From a virus, in the UHGV virus genome UHGV-0293664: a stretch of DNA of 64,000 nt. One strand, given 5' to 3'. The notes under the pieces were generated by a model. It was not told the DNA's origin and made no database searches. It saw only the letters and a list, made by a program, of their open reading frames with translations. Below are positions 1 to 6,749 of this stretch, in pieces. Position 1 is the stretch's first letter. Each line of letters begins with the position of its first letter. The translations under genes and the position numbers were made by a program.

Positions 1-458
1 TTGACAGTATGAATGCGGGAATCATCACCAAGTGGAACTCTGTTGTGTCACCTGCAGACACTGTGTTCCACTTGGGAGATATTGCGTGCACTAATGATAA
101 GAATATCAACAACTTACTTCCAGATATTCTAAATATGTTGAACGGACATATTATTCTTGTTCGTGGCAACCATGACACAAGGACGACTGTCAGAATTATG
201 AAAGAGTTCGGTCATGAGGTTGTAGATTATTACGAGCTTCGCCACAACAAGAATTTGATCTGTATGAGCCATTACCAGTTTGCAAAGTGGAACAGAAAGC
301 CTCACGGATCAGTCCAACTGTTCGGTCATGCTCACGGAACCACACAGCAGTTGTTTGGCAGGCAGTTTGATGTCGGTTGGGATGTGTGGGGGAGACTCTT
401 ACCATTAGAAGAGGCATACCGTATTGCAATGAGTCTTGCTATTGACAGCGGGGAGTAA
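1..458 (+). CDS. Ser/Thr protein phosphatase-like metallophosphoesterase, 5' end outside window
   Basis: ORF 9..458 stays open to the window edge; motifs GDIACTND, RGNHD and GHAHG match calcineurin-like phosphoesterase motifs II, III and the GHxH motif; the first DxH motif is absent, so the N-terminus is probably upstream. Confidence 0.55.
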   Translation, partial: DSMNAGIITKWNSVVSPADTVFHLGDIACTNDKNINNLLPDILNMLNGHIILVRGNHDTRTTVRIMKEFGHEVVDYYELRHNKNLICMSHYQFAKWNRKPHGSVQLFGHAHGTTQQLFGRQFDVGWDVWGRLLPLEEAYRIAMSLAIDSGE

Positions 459-505
459 TCCCTGCTATTTTAAAGAAAATTGCCACACAAGGAGAATCAG
501 GAGAT

Positions 506-856
506 ATGAAAGATGGGGATAAGCTGCTATATCTTAAAGTCCCCCTTGAAATACTATCTATGTCAAAAGTTTTGAATGACACAACTGGGGAGGTTGTTGT
601 TCTTGACTTATATGACAAGATCGTATACTGCTACCTGCACAACTGGTATAAGCTTGGAGGAAATTCACGCTTCACACCCAGCACAAGGAAAATTGCAGCA
701 GATGTAGGGATAAAGAAAACAAAAGCAGCAGCGTGCGTTAAAACTTTAGAATGTGCAGGAGTGGTTGAAATATCCACACAAGGGAGAGGTAAAAGATGCA
801 CATTTTCCAAAGTTTTGCCACCAGAAGAGGTTATTCGAATGTCAACAACTGATTAG
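506..856 (+). CDS. small DNA-binding protein, winged-HTH-like (possible origin-binding or regulatory protein)
   Basis: 116-aa ORF with RBS GGAGAA upstream; C-terminal segment STRKIAADVGIKKTKAAACVKTLECAGVV looks like a helix-turn-helix; sits immediately upstream of an iteron array. Confidence 0.35.
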   Translation: MKDGDKLLYLKVPLEILSMSKVLNDTTGEVVVLDLYDKIVYCYLHNWYKLGGNSRFTPSTRKIAADVGIKKTKAAACVKTLECAGVVEISTQGRGKRCTFSKVLPPEEVIRMSTTD

Positions 857-928
857 ACCAGTAAAAACTTAAATATCTGTACTATAAGGATTCGTATGTT
901 TTATGTTCGCCATGGAACAGACACTGTT

Positions 929-1015
929 AACTGTCCGTGATACGGACACTACTGTCCGTCACGCGGACACATCTGCCCGTAATACGGACACTAACTGTCC
1001 GTGATACGGACACAT
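929..1015. repeat. four tandem copies (about 21-bp period) of palindrome GTCCGT-N3-ACGGAC; iteron or operator array
   Basis: Core 15-mers at 934-948 (gtccgtgatacggac), 954-968 (gtccgtcacgcggac), 975-989 (gcccgtaatacggac), 997-1011 (gtccgtgatacggac). Confidence 0.7.
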
Positions 1016-1144
1016 AAAGAATATAACTAAAATAACTAAATAATAAAAATAAAAAGATCTAGTACTTATGGTACTAAAGTACATATACTTAACTTATGTA
1101 GAATATACTAGATCCTAAGTACCATGTTTTAAAATTATTACTTA
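1016..1144. other. AT-rich tract with shuffled inverted repeats (gatctagta / tactagatc; atggtact / agtaccat); possible DNA unwinding element
   Basis: Very high A+T, no ORF, lies between the iterons and a GC-rich island. Confidence 0.4.
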
Positions 1145-1400
1145 CTATAGGTAGTGTCGGCCCTTCATTGGCACTCGCCTACGAGGGGCGAGATGCCGGG
1201 CCTCCATGGTGCACACAATAACAGAAGTGCATACATGCAGGTCTGTTAACATGTGTGGGAGCGAAGCGATAGCGCAGGCCAAAGGCCGAGCACTGATGTG
1301 GACCACCGACGAAAGCTTGCCAGCGCCGTAAGGAGTCGGTTGAGAGTCTCCCGCGCGAGCTTGGATGAAGTTTATGTGTGGAAACGGACAAGAAGGCACC
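1145..1400. other. GC-rich non-coding island, candidate structured RNA or foreign insert
   Basis: Abrupt rise in G+C versus flanks; no plus-strand ORF; only overlapping minus-strand ORFs in two frames (1145..1399, 1179..1391) as expected for GC-rich non-coding DNA. Confidence 0.3.
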
Positions 1401-1517
1401 TAAATCGCTCCACAGCTATATAAACTGCACCAAGTAGGGCAATCACATCAGTTTGATAGAAAAGCTCGTTACAAAGCGATACAGTGAGTTTTTCTATAAC
1501 TTGAAGAGGAGGCTGCT

Positions 1518-2096
1518 ATGAGTTCACGCAAAGATTCCCGTGAAAAGATTGCAAAACGTTATCAGAATGAAGAACAGATGGAGAAAACTTTCAAGTGGAA
1601 GCCAGGTTTCCAGCGTAATCATTCTAACGCTCGTGATCGTAAGCATCCGGATAAGTGGTTAACACCGCCAAATGATGGCATGCAGGCTGGTGATGAGAAG
1701 GAGCTGTCACCTGGAAAAGATGGCAACTACATTCGCACTAAGGAAGCAGGTCCAAAGGATGACAGTTATCTTGTAGATAAGGTTCTTGACGGTATTGATG
1801 TAGATGTTGACACTGCACGAAACCTTTTTCTTGGTTGGTATCGCACAGGGTTTTTCGACATCAAGGCTATTCGTCGTGTTTGTGATATTAAAAAGTCTGC
1901 CTATGATGATGACTCCCTACATCGCACTCTGAGACAATACTCGGAGAGATACGGTCATCCAGTTATCACTCTTGACGATATTAACGAAGTGATGTATCAT
2001 GCAGAGGTTGTTGCAGGTAGATTCGGTGATGCATACCTGGACATCCTTTCTGCAAAGGATGAGGTAATGTTGAATAAGATTTACTATGAACGCTGA
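1518..2096 (+). CDS. hypothetical early protein
   Basis: 192-aa ORF preceded by RBS AGGAGG (1508-1513); no recognisable motif. Confidence 0.5.
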   Translation: MSSRKDSREKIAKRYQNEEQMEKTFKWKPGFQRNHSNARDRKHPDKWLTPPNDGMQAGDEKELSPGKDGNYIRTKEAGPKDDSYLVDKVLDGIDVDVDTARNLFLGWYRTGFFDIKAIRRVCDIKKSAYDDDSLHRTLRQYSERYGHPVITLDDINEVMYHAEVVAGRFGDAYLDILSAKDEVMLNKIYYER

Positions 2097-2295
2097 GGAG
2101 CGCTTAATGAACAATCTGGTAGCAAAGAACTGTAATAGGTTTAACAAGTCTGCGATTCACACTGACAGGAAAAAGAGCTGGTCTCCTGACATCGACGATG
2201 AGCTTGAGAGTTACTTTGAAGACCTGGTCACTAATGCAGATGAGATTGCGATTAAAGAATACGCAGACAGGCGAGATAAGGCCGGAATCTGTTGA
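2086..2295 (+). CDS. hypothetical small protein
   Basis: 69-aa ORF whose start overlaps the stop of the upstream gene (translational coupling). Confidence 0.35.
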   Translation: MNAEERLMNNLVAKNCNRFNKSAIHTDRKKSWSPDIDDELESYFEDLVTNADEIAIKEYADRRDKAGIC

Positions 2296-2371
2296 CAAAA
2301 ATAATCTTACCTGATAAGATCTGCAATATGATGTGATACAATTTTAACTTACGAGGTCTACAGGTAATGTT

Positions 2372-2614
2372 ATGTTTAAGGTTAAGCTCGTTTTTCGTTC
2401 CATGAATGAGGATTATTTAGAAGATGAAGGTGAATTTCGTGCACTAGATGATGCAATAGATTTTGCCAACGACTTAGCTTGTATGAATACTGGTTATGGG
2501 TTATGCTGTTGGGATGGTGGTGTTCAGATTGGCGATAGCAAGATCTTCTACTTCTACCCAGAGCCGGATAACAAACAAATTAAGTATGTTTTATTTATTT
2601 GTGCTTTACAATGA
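2372..2614 (+). CDS. hypothetical small protein
   Basis: 80-aa ORF; TTGACA at 2292-2297 upstream suggests a promoter. Confidence 0.35.
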   Translation: MFKVKLVFRSMNEDYLEDEGEFRALDDAIDFANDLACMNTGYGLCCWDGGVQIGDSKIFYFYPEPDNKQIKYVLFICALQ

Positions 2615-2639
2615 GGTTGTTTTCGTGTATCATGATGAA

Positions 2640-2900
2640 TATCCAATTTAAAGATGAATTTGATGGCTTTATCTCCGGATGCTTTGAAACAGGGTTCGGA
2701 GAAGACTGAGTTCCCCTTAGAGGGCTTGATAGTGCACCACACTCAAAATGGTAGGGGCAGCCAGCACATGACGATGTGACCCCAGCCAACCTGTAATAAG
2801 GTCGAGCCCAAGTGCGGTAATGGGTATAGCTGGTAACCCACTTGTTGGGTCTTGTTGGTCCAGGACGCTGGGCAAGTCGCAGGGAACACCACCCTGCGGC
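2640..2900. other. second GC-rich non-coding island, candidate structured RNA
   Basis: High G+C; four overlapping minus-strand ORFs of about 62-64 aa in different frames and no credible coding frame. Confidence 0.3.
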
Positions 2901-2904
2901 GAAC

Positions 2905-2933
2905 TTGACAATCAGTATTTGCTATGATAAAAT
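2905..2933 (+). promoter_or_regulatory. sigma70-type promoter TTGACA-N17-TAAAAT
   Basis: TTGACA 2905-2910, 17-nt spacer, TAAAAT 2928-2933. Confidence 0.65.
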
Positions 2934-2938
2934 CCACC

Positions 2939-2950
2939 TATCACGTGATA
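2939..2950. promoter_or_regulatory. perfect 12-bp palindrome TATCACGTGATA, putative operator
   Basis: Self-complementary sequence at the predicted transcription start, between the -10 element and the RBS of CDS 2962..3300. Confidence 0.5.
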
Positions 2951-2961
2951 ATGGAGGAAAC

Positions 2962-3300
2962 ATGGCGGATACAACTAAAAAGCGTCGCCGTAGAGGCAGA
3001 CCTCTGAAAGAGGAGTCCAACGCCATTCAGCTAGAGAAGAACATCCTTGATATGAAGGAATCTTTTATAGCGATGGTTCCAGAAGCTCACAAAGTTTTAA
3101 GAGAGCTGATGTTGGACCCGAAAACCAAACAAAATATTCGTCAAAGCATTGCAGAGTATGTTCTTGATAAGGCAGAACGAATGCAGGAAGAATATGATGA
3201 GATGTTTGGTGAAGAGGAAGAGGTGGTAGTGGAAGAGGCTGAAAAACCAGCACCCTTTATGCCATTTACCACAGAAATACAGCCTGTTGGCAATAGTTAA
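2962..3300 (+). CDS. basic/acidic small protein with KKRRRRGRP motif, putative nucleic-acid-binding regulator
   Basis: ATG at 2962 after RBS GGAGGA; Arg/Lys patch at N-terminus, acidic C-terminus; the track ORF 2842..3300 was trimmed because its upstream part covers the promoter. Confidence 0.5.
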   Translation: MADTTKKRRRRGRPLKEESNAIQLEKNILDMKESFIAMVPEAHKVLRELMLDPKTKQNIRQSIAEYVLDKAERMQEEYDEMFGEEEEVVVEEAEKPAPFMPFTTEIQPVGNS

Positions 3301-3309
3301 AATATTTTC

Positions 3310-3338
3310 TTGACAAACTTTGCTTAACAGTGTAATAT
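3310..3338 (+). promoter_or_regulatory. sigma70-type promoter for the tRNA cluster (TTGACA-N17-TAATAT)
   Basis: TTGACA 3310-3315, 17-nt spacer, TAATAT 3333-3338. Confidence 0.6.
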
Positions 3339-3396
3339 TGTAAACATGGTCTCCCACCTTTTCTGGCGGCTCAGGTGTAAAAGAAAGCCACCCAGT

Positions 3397-3471
3397 GCCC
3401 TGTTAGCTTAGTGGATAAAGCAGCGGCCTTCTAAGCCGTTGACACTGGTTCGAGTCCAGTACGGGGTGCCA
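3397..3471 (+). tRNA. tRNA-Arg (anticodon TCT)
   Basis: Hand-folded cloverleaf: 7-bp acceptor stem (two G-U pairs), D-loop with GG, anticodon loop cttctaa, T-arm actgg-ttcgagt-ccagt, encoded CCA. Confidence 0.7.
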
Positions 3472-3601
3472 AGTTCTTTTTAATGTAGCTTACTTTAGCA
3501 GAGTAAATCTTCGGCAAGTGGCGGTAACCACTTTACCGATACCTCATAGTTAGTGGTGAGAACACTAGCTATTTTAAAAAGAATTTAAATATTAGTATTT
3601 A

Positions 3602-3689
3602 GGTGAGTTAATTCCGTAGGGGTAGCGGGGCAGACTGTAAATCTGTTATCATTGCGATTCGGGTGGTTCGACTCCATCACTCACCACCA
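3602..3689 (+). tRNA. tRNA-Tyr (anticodon GTA), long variable arm
   Basis: Acceptor ggtgagt/actcacc, anticodon loop ctgtaaa, long variable arm, T-loop ttcgact, encoded CCA. Confidence 0.7.
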
Positions 3690-3803
3690 AATTTATATTT
3701 TTAAATGCATAAATCATACAGATAATGGCATTGATATTTATCGTCGTTTATACTAGTCACTAACTGCTCGAAAATCAGTGTCATTATCAGTATTGTTTAT
3801 AAA

Positions 3804-3894
3804 AGAGGGTAGGGAGCAATGGTGCTCAAGCGGTCTTGAAAACCGTCCCGTTGAGGATGACTCGATGATGGTTCGATTCCATTATCCTCTGCCA
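3804..3894 (+). tRNA. tRNA-Ser (anticodon TGA), long variable arm
   Basis: Acceptor agagggt/atcctct, anticodon stem gcggt/accgt with loop cttgaaa, long variable arm, T-loop ttcgatt, encoded CCA. Confidence 0.7.
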
Positions 3895-3992
3895 TATTGT
3901 TGACCTTGTAATTAAGCGAAAGCCGGAAGCAGAACCGGATTATCAAATGTTACAGTCGTCATCGCCGACTAGCAACATGGTCAACATACTGA

Positions 3993-4089
3993 GCTAGGTA
4001 AGCCCTTTGGCAAGGGCGAGGATTTTTAATCCTGAAAATAGACGAGGTAGTCGTTGAATACATAGGTGGTTCGATTCCATCACCTAGCA
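3993..4089 (+). tRNA. aberrant 97-nt tRNA-like gene (possible anticodon TTT; isotype unresolved; may be a pseudogene)
   Basis: Perfect 7-bp acceptor stem gctaggt/acctagc, canonical D-arm gccc-tttggcaa-gggc and T-arm ggtgg-ttcgatt-ccatc, but about 30 extra nt between anticodon and T arms and no encoded CCA. Confidence 0.4.
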
Positions 4090-4096
4090 CCTTTTT

Positions 4097-4172
4097 GCTG
4101 ATGTAGCACAATTGGTAGTGCAATTGATTTGTAATCAATAGGTTGCAGGTTCGAGTCCTGCTATCAGCACCA
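4097..4172 (+). tRNA. tRNA-Thr (anticodon TGT)
   Basis: Acceptor gctgatg/tatcagc, anticodon stem attga/tcaat with loop tttgtaa, T-arm gcagg-ttcgagt-cctgc, encoded CCA. Confidence 0.75.
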
Positions 4173-4173
4173 T

Positions 4174-4248
4174 GGCCCTGTAGCTGGAAGGTTCAAGCAA
4201 GCGACTCATAATCGCCAGACGGTGGTTCAATTCCACCCAGGGCCACCA
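4174..4248 (+). tRNA. tRNA with CAT anticodon (Met, or Ile if lysidine-modified)
   Basis: Perfect acceptor ggccctg/cagggcc, anticodon loop ctcataa, T-arm ggtgg-ttcaatt-ccacc, encoded CCA; D-stem and first anticodon-stem pair are imperfect. Confidence 0.6.
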
Positions 4249-4259
4249 AATAATAAATA

Positions 4260-4336
4260 CTCCGCGTAGCTCAGCTTGGTAGAGCGCCTGATTTGGGATC
4301 AGGAGGTCGAGTGTTCGAATCACTCCGTGGAGACCA
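4260..4336 (+). tRNA. tRNA-Pro (anticodon TGG)
   Basis: Acceptor ctccgcg/cgtggag, D-arm gctc-agcttggtag-agcg, anticodon stem cctga/tcagg with loop tttggga (G37), T-arm gagtg-ttcgaat-cactc, encoded CCA. Confidence 0.75.
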
Positions 4337-4383
4337 CTTTCAGTTATACTTTAAACATATACAAACAAAAGGAACCTTTAAAA

Positions 4384-4653
4384 ATGTATACACTTAAAAT
4401 TGTAGAGCGTGTAAATCCAACCCATACCGTAGATTTTCGTGACGATTTCAATCCTCTGGCTGTAAATCTTCGAGAGTCATATCATGAACTCAGCTGCGAT
4501 GCAGTGGTGGTCTTTTTTGAAGACAACTCTGAAGGGGCGGTAGCTTGTGTTGTTGATAGTGAGCAGAAGTTTTATATTTACAGAGATGTAGATGCATACT
4601 TGATGAATGAAAATGCAGTTACTGTTAGAATCATCCACCGAGTGCCTCGATAA
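4384..4653 (+). CDS. hypothetical small protein
   Basis: ATG at 4384 after RBS-like AAAGGAA; the longer track ORF 4276..4653 overlaps tRNA-Pro and was trimmed. Confidence 0.4.
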   Translation: MYTLKIVERVNPTHTVDFRDDFNPLAVNLRESYHELSCDAVVVFFEDNSEGAVACVVDSEQKFYIYRDVDAYLMNENAVTVRIIHRVPR

Positions 4654-4705
4654 GTATTAGTCTCCTTTTAGTTAGTTTCGATCTATTTAGGTTACTCAAT
4701 TTTAA

Positions 4706-4741
4706 CCCGCCCCGTTAGCTGTATAGCTGCGGGGTTTTTTC
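4706..4741 (+). terminator. intrinsic terminator
   Basis: Stem ccccg/cgggg with internal palindromic loop, followed by TTTTTTCGTTT. Confidence 0.5.
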
Positions 4742-4758
4742 GTTTCTGGAGCCTTAAA

Positions 4759-5157
4759 ATGATTTCAGTTTTAACATGGCTGAGCAGGTATAGAGGGGTC
4801 ATAAAAGGTTTAGTTTTTGCAGCTGCGATAGGTACAGCTTATCTTGGGGCCGTATATTGGTTTAACTCTAAGATTAATGAAGCCTACCAAGAGGGTGTAT
4901 CAGCAACAGAGTTAAAGTGGGAACGGATCCTTGATCAGCAACAAAAGCAGGCCGACAAAATTAAAATGGGCCACGCAGAGGAGGTTAAAAACCTTGAAAA
5001 ATCCCTTTCTGATCTGCAGGATAAATTAAATATGGCTGAGAAGGCAGGTAAAGAAAAGCAGATTATCTACCTCCAGTCACCTGAGGGCAAGAAGTCAACA
5101 CTTCCTGATCAGCTTATAGATATTTATAATGAGAGTATCAATCAGGAGGATCAATGA
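4759..5157 (+). CDS. i-spanin (Rz-like inner-membrane spanin)
   Basis: N-terminal hydrophobic segment GLVFAAAIGTAYLGAVYWF followed by a charged coiled-coil region; next gene overlaps its 3' end. Confidence 0.5.
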   Translation: MISVLTWLSRYRGVIKGLVFAAAIGTAYLGAVYWFNSKINEAYQEGVSATELKWERILDQQQKQADKIKMGHAEEVKNLEKSLSDLQDKLNMAEKAGKEKQIIYLQSPEGKKSTLPDQLIDIYNESINQEDQ

Positions 5158-5441
5158 GAGTTGCTACACTGTTTATTGTGTGCTTGTTATTATGTGGGTG
5201 TGCAACCAGCGTTGAGAGAGAATACAAGATTGACCCTCCTGATGTAGGAAGGTTGATTGTTAAACCCCCGGAAGGTGCCATGAAACCACCTGCTAAAGCT
5301 ATGCCTTTGAAGAAAGGTGCGCCAGATGCAGTGAATTCTGGCATTATGAGGGATAATAATCTGTCTTGTAGCAATGATAGAGTTAAATTGATCATTTTGC
5401 AAGACTATATTAGAACACTGTTTCCAAAGGAGAGAGGTTAA
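5154..5441 (+). CDS. o-spanin (Rz1-like outer-membrane lipoprotein)
   Basis: Signal peptide with lipobox-like LLLCGCAT, Pro-rich mature part (PPDVGRLIVKPPEGAMKPPAKAMP); start overlaps the i-spanin stop. Confidence 0.5.
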   Translation: MRVATLFIVCLLLCGCATSVEREYKIDPPDVGRLIVKPPEGAMKPPAKAMPLKKGAPDAVNSGIMRDNNLSCSNDRVKLIILQDYIRTLFPKERG

Positions 5442-5866
5442 TGTCTAAGATTTACGGACCGTGTTCTGAAAAGCAGAAGATGATCCTAGAAAACGATGCA
5501 GATATTTTGGTAATCGGCGGTGCCGCAGGGTCTGGCAAGTCGTTCCTCCTGCAGTTGATGCCGCTTAAAATTATTGATGACCCACACAGCTCTGTGGTTA
5601 TGTTCCGAAGAACAACTCCACAGTTGGAAGGTGAGGGTGGGCTATGGCCTAAAGCAGTAGCTATTTACAGTGATCTGCCTGAAAACATTAAACCAAAGTT
5701 CAGAGAAAAGGATCATAAGTTTATTTTTCCACGGTTTGATCCGAGCACTGGCAAGTGGGATAGGAGCAAAAAGGGGGCCGTTGTAAAATACTGCCACATG
5801 GAGTATGTCCAAGATAAGCTTAACCATCAAGGCCTTGAGTACACAATGGTTTGCTTCGATGAGGGT
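5441..5866 (+). CDS. terL: terminase large subunit, exon 1 (ATPase N-terminal part)
   Basis: Walker A GGAAGSGKS and Walker B MVCFDE; the ORF stops at TAA straight after the Walker B region, where terminases normally continue. Confidence 0.75.
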
Positions 5867-6749
5867 TAATTTGTAGCTCTCGTAAAACCTCCCTAATTGC
5901 GGGGAAATCTTTATTATTGACACCACCAACCTGTCATGGTAACATGATAGAGGCTTCGAAGAGAGATCGAAGGTATGGTAACAGTGTGTTAATTTAGATA
6001 ATCCGCAGCGAAGCATCCGAAAGGATGAACGTTCAACGACTAGTCGAAAGACGTAGAATCAAGCGATTCGAAACGGGAGGGTGAATGTGTAATACTAAAA
6101 AATGTATGGATTGCCAAAGAGTTCTACCTCTTGATGATTTCTTTTTATCATCTAAGAGCAAGGATGGATACTCCGGTACATGCAAGGAATGCTATATGTA
6201 CTACAGGAAGAATGGATCTCGTAGAAACAAAAATATGGTTAAGAGAGATGATGCAGCATCTTTTATTCAAGACTTACTGAAGAAAGGTGAGCTTTTTGAA
6301 TGTAAATCTTGTCATGAAAGTATGCTTGCTGATAGTTTTTACACAAAACGTGACTATGGTAAAGTGTATCTGGTTACGAACAGGTGTAAGATGTGTGAAA
6401 AGTTTTATCAGATTGAGAAGAAATTTCACATAACAAAAGATGAATACTATCGTTTACTCTCAGATCAAGATCATAAGTGTGCCATTTGTAGAATATCTCT
6501 TGATGAGTATAGGACGCAAGGGTACAGAGATTTCTTTTGTGTTGATCATGACCATAAAACTGGTGCTGTAAGAGGGTTGCTTTGTGATAAATGCAACAGA
6601 GCTTTAGGTTTCTTCCAAGAGGATGAGGAAACCATTCTTAGAGCAGCAGAGTATTTGCACATTCATAAGATATAGTCTGGTCTGCATGGAGACATGCAGC
6701 TGCCTGAAAATGGCGGGGCAAGACTAGCGACCTTGCCCGAACATAAACG
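5867..6749 (+). mobile_element. putative group I-type self-splicing intron carrying an HNH homing endonuclease gene
   Basis: Separates the two terminase halves, which are in different frames; exon 1 ends in T and the proposed intron ends in G; hairpins with GAAA tetraloops (catcc-gaaa-ggatg, tcgaaaga); boundaries approximate. Confidence 0.5.
6085..6675 (+). CDS. HNH homing endonuclease (endonuclease VII-like HNH family)
   Basis: Motif CVDHDHKTGAVRGLLCDKCNRALG plus several CxxC zinc-ligand pairs; lies inside the terminase-interrupting insertion. Confidence 0.8.
   Translation: MCNTKKCMDCQRVLPLDDFFLSSKSKDGYSGTCKECYMYYRKNGSRRNKNMVKRDDAASFIQDLLKKGELFECKSCHESMLADSFYTKRDYGKVYLVTNRCKMCEKFYQIEKKFHITKDEYYRLLSDQDHKCAICRISLDEYRTQGYRDFFCVDHDHKTGAVRGLLCDKCNRALGFFQEDEETILRAAEYLHIHKI

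Noticed and set aside
929-1015. Possible CRISPR array
   Set aside because: Only four short palindromic repeats of about 21 bp with no unique spacers of typical length; the pattern fits protein-binding iterons
1300-1330. Hammerhead-ribozyme-like CUGAUG...GAAA motif inside the GC-rich island
   Set aside because: The core heptamer is not CUGANGA and no helix II can be formed between the two elements
1145-1399. Minus-strand ORFs 1145..1399 and 1179..1391 as protein-coding genes
   Set aside because: They overlap each other in different frames inside a GC-rich island, the expected artefact of high G+C; no RBS or start context
3895-3992. Additional tRNA genes in the inter-tRNA spacers (3472-3601, 3690-3803, 3895-3992)
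   Set aside because: No canonical T-loop (GTTCRANYC) or acceptor stem pairing could be built; the hairpins present may be small RNAs or processing signals
4276-4383. Longer start for the ORF 4276..4653
   Set aside because: The upstream part overlaps tRNA-Pro (4260..4336); the first ATG with an RBS-like sequence is at 4384
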